In this document: piece by piece, positions 9,977 through 20,000 of the stretch | Layout: every line of letters starts with the position of its first letter | Position numbering within the stretch: the first letter of the stretch is position 1 | Source of the DNA: Alphaproteobacteria bacterium | GTDB taxonomy: Bacteria; Pseudomonadota; Alphaproteobacteria; Bin95 | Assembly (NCBI GenBank): GCA_964291285.2 | Contig: OZ219788.1 | Coordinates: forward strand, 32,001-96,000 | Length of the DNA: 64,000 bases | Reading direction: 5' to 3' | Position numbers and translations under genes: made by a program | The notes under the pieces: model-generated | The model's input: the letters and a program-made list of their open reading frames with translations, nothing else | Database searches by the model: none | Told to the model about the DNA's origin: nothing

Positions 9977-11245
9977 TCATGCTGTCGGCGGCAAGGCCGG
10001 TGGCGCGGGAATGCCTTCGCGGATCAATGCGTCGATCCTGTCAGAGATGCGCTGGGCGGCGTCGCGGAGTTGCTCCATGGTCCAGTCGGCGGCATAGCCC
10101 TCGGTCACGTCCCGGGGCCGGGCGTGGTTGACCAGCCGCTTGGTCAGGCTGGCCGGCAACATCAGGTCGCGGTCGGCGACGGTGATGAAGCAGTTGCGCA
10201 GGGCATGGAACCAGAATTTCGCGCCGCCCGCCTCGCCGATGCGCGCATTCATGTGCTGCATGCCGGTGAGACGCCCGGACCTGCTGGTTTCGGACGGGAA
10301 CACCCAGCCCCGGTTCGCCTCGGGGACACGGTCGCGTTCGGCCAGGCGGCGTTCGAGAATGGCCGCGAGCTGCCGGGTGACGGGAAGCGCCAACGGCGCG
10401 CCGGTCTTGGTGTCCTCGACCCGGAACACCATCGCCGCCCTGTCCACCCGCGCCCATGCGAGGCCGAATACTTCGGCCCGGCGCATGCCGGTATAGAGGC
10501 CGAAGTGCAAGGCGTCGCGGGCGACCGGGTTACGCACCGCCGCCTCGATGCCGCGGTGCCAGCGCGGCAGCACCTCGGCCGGCGGCTGGATGATGCGCCG
10601 TTTCGGGCGATGGGGCCGCCCGCCCGCGACGCGCCACTGGTCCACCGGATTGTGCAGCCCCTCATGGTCGAGGCACTGGCGGCGGTAGAGGGCGCGCAGC
10701 ATCTTCATCGCATTGTTGGCCTGCACCCACCCGGCATTCTCGCTCAGGCGCCGGAAGCGCTGCTCGACATCGCGGCGCCCGATGGTGTCGAGAGGGCGGT
10801 CGAGCCAGTCACCGAGGTCCTTGTGGACGGTGCTGCGGTATACCGCAACGGTACTGTCCTTGCGCGCCGGCCCGGCGGCGAGATAGTCCTCGAAGGCGTC
10901 CCGCACCGTCGGCATGGCGCGGGCGCGGGTGCGCCCGGCGGCGGGGTCCTCGCCGGCGGCGACGCGGCCCAGCGTCTCCCGGGCGAGGCGCCTGGCCTGT
11001 TCGGGGGTGATGCGGCCGTGGCGGCCGAGGACGAGGCGCCGGTTGGCGGCCTTGCGCCCGCCGTCGCCGGCGCGGTAGTTGACGATGTAGGAGCGCATGC
11101 CCGAGGGCTGGACGCGGATACCGAATCCGGTGAGGCGGTCGTCCCATGCGATGAAGGGTTTGTGCCGGGGCTTGAGGGCTTCGACGTTTCGCTTGTTGAG
11201 GGTGAGCTTGAGGTTTGCAGTGCGCTTGCCGGTCTGTGTTGACAT
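9977..11245 (-). CDS. int: Tyrosine recombinase/integrase with N-terminal arm-binding domain
   Basis: WDDRLTGFGIRV arm domain; catalytic TGMRRAE, HALR, NH..TEGY. Confidence 0.92.
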   Translation of the reverse strand: MSTQTGKRTANLKLTLNKRNVEALKPRHKPFIAWDDRLTGFGIRVQPSGMRSYIVNYRAGDGGRKAANRRLVLGRHGRITPEQARRLARETLGRVAAGEDPAAGRTRARAMPTVRDAFEDYLAAGPARKDSTVAVYRSTVHKDLGDWLDRPLDTIGRRDVEQRFRRLSENAGWVQANNAMKMLRALYRRQCLDHEGLHNPVDQWRVAGGRPHRPKRRIIQPPAEVLPRWHRGIEAAVRNPVARDALHFGLYTGMRRAEVFGLAWARVDRAAMVFRVEDTKTGAPLALPVTRQLAAILERRLAERDRVPEANRGWVFPSETSRSGRLTGMQHMNARIGEAGGAKFWFHALRNCFITVADRDLMLPASLTKRLVNHARPRDVTEGYAADWTMEQLRDAAQRISDRIDALIREGIPAPPALPPTA

Positions 11246-11417
11246 AGTGATATTCCTTCGAAACAGCCCTGAATATCACCATACAGGTCAACACATGAAA
11301 GTCAACCGGGGCGTAGTCCTGGCGCGCCTTGTCCACCGGGAAAACCAATACTTCATTGATACACAACGATTTCCTTTGACATCAGTTGCCACGAACAGAC
11401 AGGCGTACGGTGGAATA

Positions 11418-12195
11418 CTGAAACGTTTGAGCTTGCCGACGGCCTGTTCGATGCGCGCCCGTCCTCTGTAGAGCGCGCTTGCGAAGCGCTTTGGCCTGTT
11501 TTTGATGTTCTTCCGGTAGGGAATGACGGTCAGGGCGCCTCTTTTCCGGGCGAGTTGGCGGTTTCCGGCGCTGTCATAGCCCTTGTCGGCGACGATGGCG
11601 CGGGGCCGGACATCGGGGCCGATGTCCATCAGGGTCTCGAAATGCGGACTGTCGGCAGCCTCGCCGCCGGTCAGGTCGAAGGCGATCGGCAGGCCGTCGA
11701 AATCGGTCTTCAGGTGGATCTTGGTGCTGAAACCGCCCCGCGAGCGTCCAAGCGCCTGACCCTGCTGCCCCCTTTTGCGCCGGCCGCCGATACATGCGCG
11801 CGGGTCACGGTCGAATCGAACATCTGAACCAGGTGCGCCGTGCTGCTCAAATCCGCCAGCGTGGCGAAAAAGTCCTCGAACACCCCTGAACGGCTCAGAC
11901 GGTGAAAACGCCGCCATACCGTATTCCAGTGCCCGAACCGCTCCGGCAGCGCCCGCCAGGTGATGTTGTGAACCGCAAAGAAGTGCAGCGCCTCCAGAAA
12001 CAGACGGTCGTCCTTCGCCTTCGCACCCCGCCTCGGAAGGCAAAGCCGGAAAACCTCCAGCGCAACCTCCCAGTCTCCATTCGTCATCTTCGTCGACATC
12101 AAAGAAACCCCCGAATCGCCGACGCCTCATGATTCAGACAAATCCTCGCACGGGAATCCCTGAACACGCTCCTGAGTCAATACGTCCACAGGGCC
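11418..12195 (-). mobile_element. Truncated IS5-family element with a two-ORF frameshifted transposase
   Basis: orfA 11710-12102 (WRALPERFGHWNTV), AAAAGGGG slippery site near 11770, orfB (LGRSRGGFSTKIH, ADKGYD) cut at KLKRF; end adjacent to CTAG at 12195-12198. Confidence 0.8.
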
Positions 12196-12229
12196 TAGGA
12201 CTTCGATCAAATGTCGGTCTCGGTGGTTG

Positions 12230-12245
12230 CCTGCCCCCGCTACCA
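12230..12245 (+). other. Putative att site: tRNA 3'-end fragment (tRNA-Met-like)
   Basis: CCTGCCCCCGCTACCA resembles the T-stem/acceptor/CCA end of initiator tRNA; lies at the island-backbone boundary about 1 kb from the integrase. Confidence 0.5.
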
Positions 12246-12448
12246 ATGAAATCGGGGACCCGGTCAAAATCGAAGCGGCAGCCGCCGCTCTCTCAAAGGC
12301 CTTCCAGCCTCTTGATGAACCCCCACTTGCGGGAGTGCCGCCGCCGGGTACATCCGCCCGGCGCGAGCCTCACAATTGAGTACATCCGCGCCTGCCTGCC
12401 CGTGATATTGTGAACGCAGGCGCCCCAATGCGGCAAAGGCAGGGACAG

Positions 12449-12706
12449 ATGGACAAGCCGGAAACGCGCGTTTCCAACGCGGCGTCGGATGCCGGCCCGT
12501 TCGGACGCCTTTCCGAACGGGCGAAAAGAAACAAGTCCCTGACGGCCGTACTGGCGATAATTGTGGCCGTCGCAGCGTTATCGTCCGTTATGGCGTTGAC
12601 CGATTTGGAAAGTTCCCCAAGTCTCCTTGTAGTCCTGTTTGTGCTGGTGACGATCGGCCTCTTTTGCACTCTCGGCGTAATCTTCGACGCATTGGATGAC
12701 AAATAG
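12449..12706 (+). CDS. Small two-TM membrane protein
   Basis: Two hydrophobic stretches; start uncertain (12410, 12428 or 12449). Confidence 0.55.
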   Translation: MDKPETRVSNAASDAGPFGRLSERAKRNKSLTAVLAIIVAVAALSSVMALTDLESSPSLLVVLFVLVTIGLFCTLGVIFDALDDK

Positions 12707-12760
12707 GCACGCTCTTCCGCGCTTTCATCGACAAGGATTCCACAGGCTAGCTGGAGCGGA

Positions 12761-12799
12761 CCCTGGCGGCGGCGGAACGCTCCGCCGCCGCCGGGGTTT
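12761..12799. terminator. GC-rich hairpin between convergent genes
   Basis: CCCTGGCGGCGGCGGA-acgc-TCCGCCGCCGCCGGGG followed by TTT. Confidence 0.7.
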
Positions 12800-12802
12800 G
12801 CG

Positions 12803-14461
12803 TCAGGTCGTCAGCCAGCCGAACTGCTGCGGCTTGCGGCCGGCCTGCGGATGCAGGCGAACATTGACGAGCGCCGGGCCGTCATGGGCCGTCGCCGCGT
12901 CGAGCGTTGCCGGCAGGTCCGCCGGGTCTTCGACAAAGGCTCCGAAGCCGCCGAACGCCTCCATCATCTTGTCGTAGCGCGCGCCGTAGATCAGCACGCC
13001 CGCCGGGTTGTCGAACGGGTCCTCGGGATATTCCGGGATGCCCTGCCCGATGCCGCCATTGTTCAGCACGACGATCTTGATCGGCAGCTTGTAGCGGCAG
13101 GCCGTCTCGATCTCCATGCCGGAGAAGCCGATGGCGGAATCGCCGGAAACCGAGATGATCGGGCGGTCCGGATGCACCACCGCCGCGGCGACGGCGAAGC
13201 CCATGCCGATGCCCATGGTGCCGTAGCTGCCGGCGTCGAGGCGCAGGCGCGGCGAGGCGTTCGGAAGCTGGGTGCGACCGATATCCATGGTGTTCGCGCC
13301 CTCGCCGACGATGACCGCATCCTTGCCGGCCCAGGCGGCGATGTCCTTCAGCGCGCGGTAATAGTTGGTCGGCGCGGAATCGTCCTCCAGCATCGGGCGG
13401 ATCTGCTCGGCATTGCCCGCCGCCTTCTCCGCAATCGCGCTGCGCCATTCCGTATCGGCCGGGTAGAACCACTGCCGGCCCCCGAGAGCCGCGTTCAGCT
13501 GGCCGACAACCGCCTTGCCGTCACCGACAAGCGCCACCTCCGTTGGCACATTGTTGCCGATGGCTTCCGGCGAGATGTCGAGCTGGACGACACGCACCTT
13601 CTTGTTGAAGCGCGGCGGCTTGCCGAAATGCATGATCCAGTTGAGCCGCGCGCCCATCAGGAAGATCACGTCGGCCTCGCGGAGCGCATGGCTGCGCGCC
13701 GCGCCCACGGACAGCGGATGGTTGTCGTCGATCACGCCCTTGCCGAGCGGCGAGGCGAGGAACGGCACCTGGGTGCGTTCGATGAACGCGCGGACCTCGT
13801 CCTCGGCGCGCGACCACGCCATGCCCTTGCCGACGATGACCAGCGGACGCTCGGCGGATTCGAGCGCGTCCAGCGCCGCCTCTATGTCCTCGCCCATCGC
13901 CTGCATCCGGGGCGGATCGGCCACCGGGGCGGCCTCGTGGATGTCGTCGTCCTCGACGGCCTCCTGGATGATGTCGTCCGGCATGTCGAGATAGACCGGG
14001 CCCGGCCGGCCGTAGATCGAGGTGCGGACCGCCTTCTCGACATAGAACGGGATGCGCCGGGCATGCTCGACCGCATGCGCGAACTTGCAGTAGGGCGCGG
14101 CGAGTTGGACCTGGTTCTCCTCCTGGAACGCGCCCATGCCGTTCTGATAGACGGGCGAGGCGCCACCGATCAGGATCATCGGCCAGCAGTTCTGCTCGGC
14201 ATTGGCGAGGCCGGCGAGCGCGTGGATGACGCCCGGTCCGGAGACCGTGAGGCACGCGCCCGGCCGCCCGGTCAGGTAGCCGGCAGCCTGCGCGGCATAG
14301 GACGCCGCCTGCTCGTTGCGCATGCCGACATATTTTATGCCGACCTCCTGCGCCGCCTTCGCGATCGGCTGCACCGGAAAGCCGACGATGCCGAACATGT
14401 ATTCGACGCCGTGCTTCTTGAGTTCGCGCGCCATGATCTCCGCGCCGGTCGAAGTGCCCAT
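12803..14461 (-). CDS. ThDP-dependent 2-hydroxyacyl-CoA lyase / oxalyl-CoA decarboxylase family
   Basis: MRNEQAASYAA, GEGANTMDIGR, RLDAGSYGTMGIG, GDSAIGFSGME..NNGG, C-terminal RKPQQFGWLT. Confidence 0.9.
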   Translation of the reverse strand: MGTSTGAEIMARELKKHGVEYMFGIVGFPVQPIAKAAQEVGIKYVGMRNEQAASYAAQAAGYLTGRPGACLTVSGPGVIHALAGLANAEQNCWPMILIGGASPVYQNGMGAFQEENQVQLAAPYCKFAHAVEHARRIPFYVEKAVRTSIYGRPGPVYLDMPDDIIQEAVEDDDIHEAAPVADPPRMQAMGEDIEAALDALESAERPLVIVGKGMAWSRAEDEVRAFIERTQVPFLASPLGKGVIDDNHPLSVGAARSHALREADVIFLMGARLNWIMHFGKPPRFNKKVRVVQLDISPEAIGNNVPTEVALVGDGKAVVGQLNAALGGRQWFYPADTEWRSAIAEKAAGNAEQIRPMLEDDSAPTNYYRALKDIAAWAGKDAVIVGEGANTMDIGRTQLPNASPRLRLDAGSYGTMGIGMGFAVAAAVVHPDRPIISVSGDSAIGFSGMEIETACRYKLPIKIVVLNNGGIGQGIPEYPEDPFDNPAGVLIYGARYDKMMEAFGGFGAFVEDPADLPATLDAATAHDGPALVNVRLHPQAGRKPQQFGWLTT

Positions 14462-14529
14462 CTTTCTCCATGTCCTTCTGAGGGGGTGAGGGCGAACCTA
14501 GCAGCGCGCGTCCGGCCGTGTCATCCCGC

Positions 14530-15672
14530 TCACGGATCGGTGCGGCCCGCCGCGAACGCCCTGAGCCGCGCCGATACGGCTTTCGGCTGCTCCTGCTGGA
14601 CCCAGTGTCCGGCGCCCTCGATCAGCCAGGTGCCGGCCCAGCGGGCCGCGCGTTCCTCCATCGCCTCGAGCGCGCCGGGGTTCTGGTAAACGCCCCAGTC
14701 GGCCGCGCCGGAAACGAAACAGGCGGGAACCTCGAAACGGCGCCCGGAGAAGAGCTCGTGTTCCCGGTCGAACAGCCCGCTCGTCCGGCAGCGATACCAG
14801 TTCAGCCCGCCCTGGAAGCCGGTACGCTCATATTCCCGCGCATAGACCGCGAGCTCGGCGTCCGGCAGCCATTGGCAGGCGGCGATTTCCTCCGCGCCCG
14901 GCATTTCCACGGCCACCGTCTCCGCCATCGTCCGGTCGCGGTCCATGATGTAGTAGGTCGGCATCCGCGCCAGTTCCACGGCTGTCCATCCCGCCAGCCG
15001 GAAGGGGCGGTTGCCGGCCCAGTCGGCGCTCTTGTGGTGGAAATAGGCGCGCAGGAAATCGTGAACCCCCTGGGGGCAGTCCCGCATGTCGGCATTCGCA
15101 GGCCGGGTCGAATAGTACCAGTGGTAGTGCTTGCGCGGCCGGTCCAGCGCCGCAAGGTCGTCATGGATCGACCGCGCCGGCGGCGGTTGCGGCGAAATGT
15201 CCGGCGGCCCCGGAAACGGCGCGCTCATCAGCGCCAGCCTGCGGAAGATGTCGGGCCGGATCAGCGCCGCCCACGCTGCCACCGACGCGCCGTAATCGTG
15301 CCCGGCCAGCAGCGCAACCTCCCGGTGGCCGATGGCGTCCAGCAGGCCCATGACGTCGCGCACGAGGTTGAAGAGCCGGAAAGGCGCGAGGTCGGCACCG
15401 TAGTCCGCATCCCAGCCCGTCGTGCGCCCGTAGCCGCGCTGGTCCGGCGCGACGACATGGTAGCCCGCTTCCGCTAGCGCGGGCATGACGCGCCGCCAGC
15501 TGTAGGCCAGCTCCGGGAAGCCGTGCAGCAGCAGGGCGCAGGGCCGTCCGGGCTCCTCGAAGCCGGCTTCGAGATAGTGCATGTCGAGCCCGTTGCCGTT
15601 CGCCGCCATGCGCGAGCGAATGCCGGCCGGCAGGGGAACCGGGCCGTAGGCGGTGTCGCGATCTTCTAGCAT
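14530..15672 (-). CDS. Alpha/beta hydrolase (epoxide hydrolase-like)
   Basis: LLHGFPE, PDQRGYG, GHDYG, GAGHWVQQE. Confidence 0.9.
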   Translation of the reverse strand: MLEDRDTAYGPVPLPAGIRSRMAANGNGLDMHYLEAGFEEPGRPCALLLHGFPELAYSWRRVMPALAEAGYHVVAPDQRGYGRTTGWDADYGADLAPFRLFNLVRDVMGLLDAIGHREVALLAGHDYGASVAAWAALIRPDIFRRLALMSAPFPGPPDISPQPPPARSIHDDLAALDRPRKHYHWYYSTRPANADMRDCPQGVHDFLRAYFHHKSADWAGNRPFRLAGWTAVELARMPTYYIMDRDRTMAETVAVEMPGAEEIAACQWLPDAELAVYAREYERTGFQGGLNWYRCRTSGLFDREHELFSGRRFEVPACFVSGAADWGVYQNPGALEAMEERAARWAGTWLIEGAGHWVQQEQPKAVSARLRAFAAGRTDP

Positions 15673-15783
15673 CCGGGCATCCTAGCCCGGTTGGCGCCTC
15701 TCGCGCTGCCCTGTTCCCGGCCTTGCCAGCACGCAGGCCGTGGCGCAGACTTTCCGCCGACTTCCATCCGACGGGAAATGCCG

Positions 15784-16086
15784 ATGACCGCCTATCTGAT
15801 CGTGCGCGCCGAGGTGCCCGAGAGCGACCGGGACGCCTTCGACCGCTGGTATGCCGAGGAACACCTGCCGGATGCGAAGGCCGCGTTCAGCGTGAAGAAG
15901 GCGTTTCGCGGCTGGGGCGATGACGGCGCGCATGTCGCCTTCTACCAATTCACTGATCTCGCGGCCGCCAGGAAGGCCACGGGCTCGAAAGCAATCGCGG
16001 AGCTCATTGCGGAATTCGACCGGGTCTGGCAGGACCGCGTCACCCGCACGCGCCGGGTCGTCGATGTCGCGCAGGTGCTGGACTGA
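15784..16086 (+). CDS. Small dimeric alpha+beta barrel (EthD-like) protein
   Basis: AFDRWYAEEHLPDA motif. Confidence 0.65.
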   Translation: MTAYLIVRAEVPESDRDAFDRWYAEEHLPDAKAAFSVKKAFRGWGDDGAHVAFYQFTDLAAARKATGSKAIAELIAEFDRVWQDRVTRTRRVVDVAQVLD

Positions 16087-16111
16087 GCGGCCGAACGGGG
16101 AGGAATTCGAT

Positions 16112-16978
16112 ATGGCCTATCGACATATAGACGTAAGGACGCTCACACCCGCGGTCGGGGCCGAGATTCGCGGCGTGGACCTTCGCGAGCCGCTGCCGGA
16201 CGAGGCGTTCGGGGAAGTGCGCTCGGCGTTCCTCCGCCACCAGGTGGTGTTCTTCAAGGAGCAGGAGGCGCTCACGCCCGACCAGCAGGTCGCCTTCGCC
16301 CGCCGTTTCGGGGGCCTCCACCTGCACCCGGCCGCGCCGCATCTGGAAGGCCGTCCGGAGATCTTCGTGATCCATACCCACAAGGATTCGAAGATCGCGA
16401 ACGGCAATGGCTGGCACACCGACGTCTCATGCGACGAGGAGCCGCCGCTCGGAACCATGCTGCAACTGCACAAGCTGCCGAGCCAGGGCGGCGACACGCT
16501 GTTCGCCAGCATGTATGCGGCCTGGGACGCATTGTCGGCGCCCATGCAGGCCTTCCTGGAGACCCTGACCGCCCGGCATGAGTCCGAGCACATCTACCGG
16601 GGCCGCTATTCCGACCGGAACGTGGACGACACCGGCAAGGTCTATCCGGAAACCAGCCACCCGGTCTGCCGCACCCATCCGGACACCGGGCGGCGCGCGC
16701 TCTATGTGAACCGCGCCTTCACGACCCGCATCGAGGGCCTGGGCGCAGGGGAGAGCAAGGCGCTGCTGAACTTCCTGTTCGAGCATGTCGAGCAGGAGCG
16801 CTTCCAGGTCCGCTTCAAGTGGGAGGTCAACGACATAGCCTTCTGGGACAATCGCTGCCTCCAGCACCACGCTATGTGGGACTACTGGCCGGAGGAGCGC
16901 AAGGGCCACCGCGTGACGATACAGGGCGACCGCCCCTATCTCGCCCCGCTTGAGCTCCCGGCGGAGGCCGCCGAGTAA
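16112..16978 (+). CDS. tauD: TauD/TfdA family 2-oxoglutarate dioxygenase
   Basis: WHTD, GGDTLFAS, WDNRCLQH. Confidence 0.88.
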   Translation: MAYRHIDVRTLTPAVGAEIRGVDLREPLPDEAFGEVRSAFLRHQVVFFKEQEALTPDQQVAFARRFGGLHLHPAAPHLEGRPEIFVIHTHKDSKIANGNGWHTDVSCDEEPPLGTMLQLHKLPSQGGDTLFASMYAAWDALSAPMQAFLETLTARHESEHIYRGRYSDRNVDDTGKVYPETSHPVCRTHPDTGRRALYVNRAFTTRIEGLGAGESKALLNFLFEHVEQERFQVRFKWEVNDIAFWDNRCLQHHAMWDYWPEERKGHRVTIQGDRPYLAPLELPAEAAE

Positions 16979-17087
16979 GGCTGCTTCCGCTGCCGGCGAT
17001 TTTCCGGATTTGTGGGTAATTCGCTCGCTCCGGGCAGGCGAATCCGGTTAGGACCCGAATGACCTACGGTGAGGGAGTTCGGGCCCG

Positions 17088-20000
17088 ATGCCTCATGCCG
17101 ATTTCGTGCATCTGCGGGTGCATTCCGCCTACTCGCTGTCGGAAGGGGCGGTACGGATCGAGGACCTGGTTTCTCTTTGCAGGCAGTCCTGCATGCCGGC
17201 GGTTGCGGTCACCGACAGCGGCAATCTCTTCGGCGCGATGGAGTTCGCCGTCTATGCCTCGCAAGCCGGCATCCAGCCGATCGTCGGCACGCTGCTGACG
17301 GTCGGCGACGAGCCCCGGCGGCGCACGCGCCACGACGACGAGCCGGCGCCGGTCCTGCTGCTGGCGCAAAACGAAACCGGCTACCGCAATCTGCTCGAGC
17401 TCGTCACCGCTTCCTTCCTGGAAACGCCCGGAACGGACGCGCCGCATGTCGAGTGGAGCCGCCTCGAAGGCCGCACGGACGGCGTGATTGCGCTGAGCGG
17501 CGGACCGCGCGGCCCGGTCGGCCGCGCCCTCGCGGAAGGCCGAACGGAGTTCGCGCGCCAATTGTTGGAGCGCCTTTCCGCGCTGTTTCCGGGCCGCCTC
17601 TATGTCGAGTTGATGCGCCATGGCGATGGCGGGCGCCAGGAGGAAGAGGAAGCGTCGATAGAGCTCGCCTACGCGCTCGACCTGCCGCTGGTCGCCACCA
17701 ACGATGTGCATTTCGGCTCCGAGGACGATTACGAGGCGCATGATGCGCTGCTCTGCATCGCCTCCGCCCGGCGGGTCGAGGAGGAAGACCGGCCGCGCCT
17801 GACGCCGGACCATCGCTTCAAGACGGCCGAAGAAATGCGCGCGCTCTTCGCCGATCTGCCCGAAGCCGCCGACAACACGCTGGTCATAGCACGGCGCTGC
17901 GCCTTCATGCCGACCGAGTCGGAGCCGATCCTGCCCGCCTTCGACCCCGGTGTGGACGAAGCGGAGGAATTGCGCCGCCTGGCGCGCGAGGGTCTGGAGG
18001 CGCGGCTGGCCGAGCATGTCTTCCCGCAGGGCGCCGGCGAGGAAGACGCAAAGCCTTATCGGGAACGGCTCGAATACGAGCTCGGCGTCATCGTCGATAT
18101 GAAGTTTCCCGGCTATTTCCTGATCGTTTCCGAGTTCATCCGCTGGGCGAAGAACCAGGGCATTCCGGTCGGACCGGGCCGCGGGTCCGGGGCGGGGTCG
18201 GTCGTCGCCTGGGCCCTGCAGATCACCGATCTGGACCCGCTGCGCTGGGGGCTCCTGTTCGAGCGCTTCCTCAATCCCGAACGCGTGTCGATGCCGGATT
18301 TCGATATCGACTTCTGCCAGGACCGGCGCGATGAGGTCATCGCCCATGTCCAGGACCGCTACGGCCACGACCGGGTGGCGCAGATCATCACCTTCGGCAA
18401 GCTGCAGGCGCGCGCCGCGCTCCGGGACGTCGGCCGCGTGCTCGGCATGCCGTTCGGGCAGGTGGACCGGATCAGCAAGCTGGTGCCGCACAACCCCGCG
18501 AACCCGCCGAAGCTGGAAGATGCCGTCGCGAATGAGCCGGCCCTGCAGTCCATGAGGGACGAGGACGAGACCGTCGGGCAGCTCATCCATCTGGCCCTCA
18601 AGCTGGAAGGGCTGTACCGGCACGCCTCGACCCACGCGGCGGGCGTGGTGATCGCAGACCGGCCGCTGCAGCATATCGCCCCGCTCTATTGCGACCGCGG
18701 TTCCTCCGACATTCCGGCGGTGCAATTCAGCATGAAATGGGCGGAGGCTTCCGGCCTCGTCAAATTCGACTTCCTCGGCCTCAAGACACTGACGGTTCTC
18801 GAGGACGCTCGCAAATTGCTGGCGGAAAAGGGCATTGAAATTGACCTGTTAAAGTTGCCTCTTGACGACAAAAAGACCTTTGAAATGCTCTCGCGCGGGG
18901 ACACTGTCGGCGTGTTCCAGATGGAAGGCGCGGGCATGCGGGACACGCTGAAAAAGCTGAAACCGACCCGGTTCGAGGACCTGATCGCCGTCGTTGCGCT
19001 ATACCGTCCCGGACCGATGGAGAATATCCCGACTTACATCAAGAGAAAACATGGAAGTGAAAACATAGATTACATGTATGAGACGCTCCAGCCGATATTG
19101 GAGGAAACATACGGGATTATAATTTACCAGGAACAGGTAATGCAGATTGCCCAGGTCCTGTCCGGTTACACGCTCGGAGGCGCGGATTTGTTGCGCCGCG
19201 CCATGGGCAAGAAAATCCAATCGGAAATGGATGCCCAGAGAGAGACCTTCATCAACGGTGCGGTTTCACGCGGCGTCGAGCCGAAACTGGCGGAAAAGAT
19301 ATTCAATCTGGTGGACAAGTTTGCGGGCTACGGCTTCAACAAGTCCCATGCCGCCGCCTATGCGCTGATCGCCTACCAGACGGCCTGGCTCAAGGCCAAC
19401 CATCCGGTCGAGTTCATGGCCGCGTCCATGACCCATGAACTCGGCAATACGGACAAGCTGGCACCCCTGCTTCGCGAGTTGGACAGGATGGACGTCGCGC
19501 TGCTGCCCCCGGACGTGCAGCGCTCCGGCGCCCTCTTCCAGGTCGAGGCGGCGCCGGACGGCGCGCCCGCCATCCGCTACGCCCTTGCCGCGGTCAAGTC
19601 CGTCGGCAGGGCCGCCATGGAGGCGGTGGAGAGGGAGCGCACGTCCGGCGGTCCCTTCAAGACCCCGTTCGACTTTGCCGGACGGCTCGGCCCGAGAGCC
19701 CTGAACTCGCGGCTGCTGGAGAAACTGGCGGAGGCCGGAGCCTTCGACACGCTGGAGCCGGACCGGGCCCGCGTTTTCGCCGGCGCGGAAATGCTGATGC
19801 GCCATGCGGCCGTCGAGGAAGAGGAGCGGACGACCAACCAGACCAACCTCTTCGGCGCCGTCGAGGACTTCGTGCCGGACCCCAAACTGCCCAACGCCCC
19901 ACATTGGGAGCCGATGGAGCGCCTCCAGCACGAGTTCGACGCCACGGGCTTCTACCTGTCGGCCCACCCGCTGGACGAATATGAACGCTATTTCCCGCGC

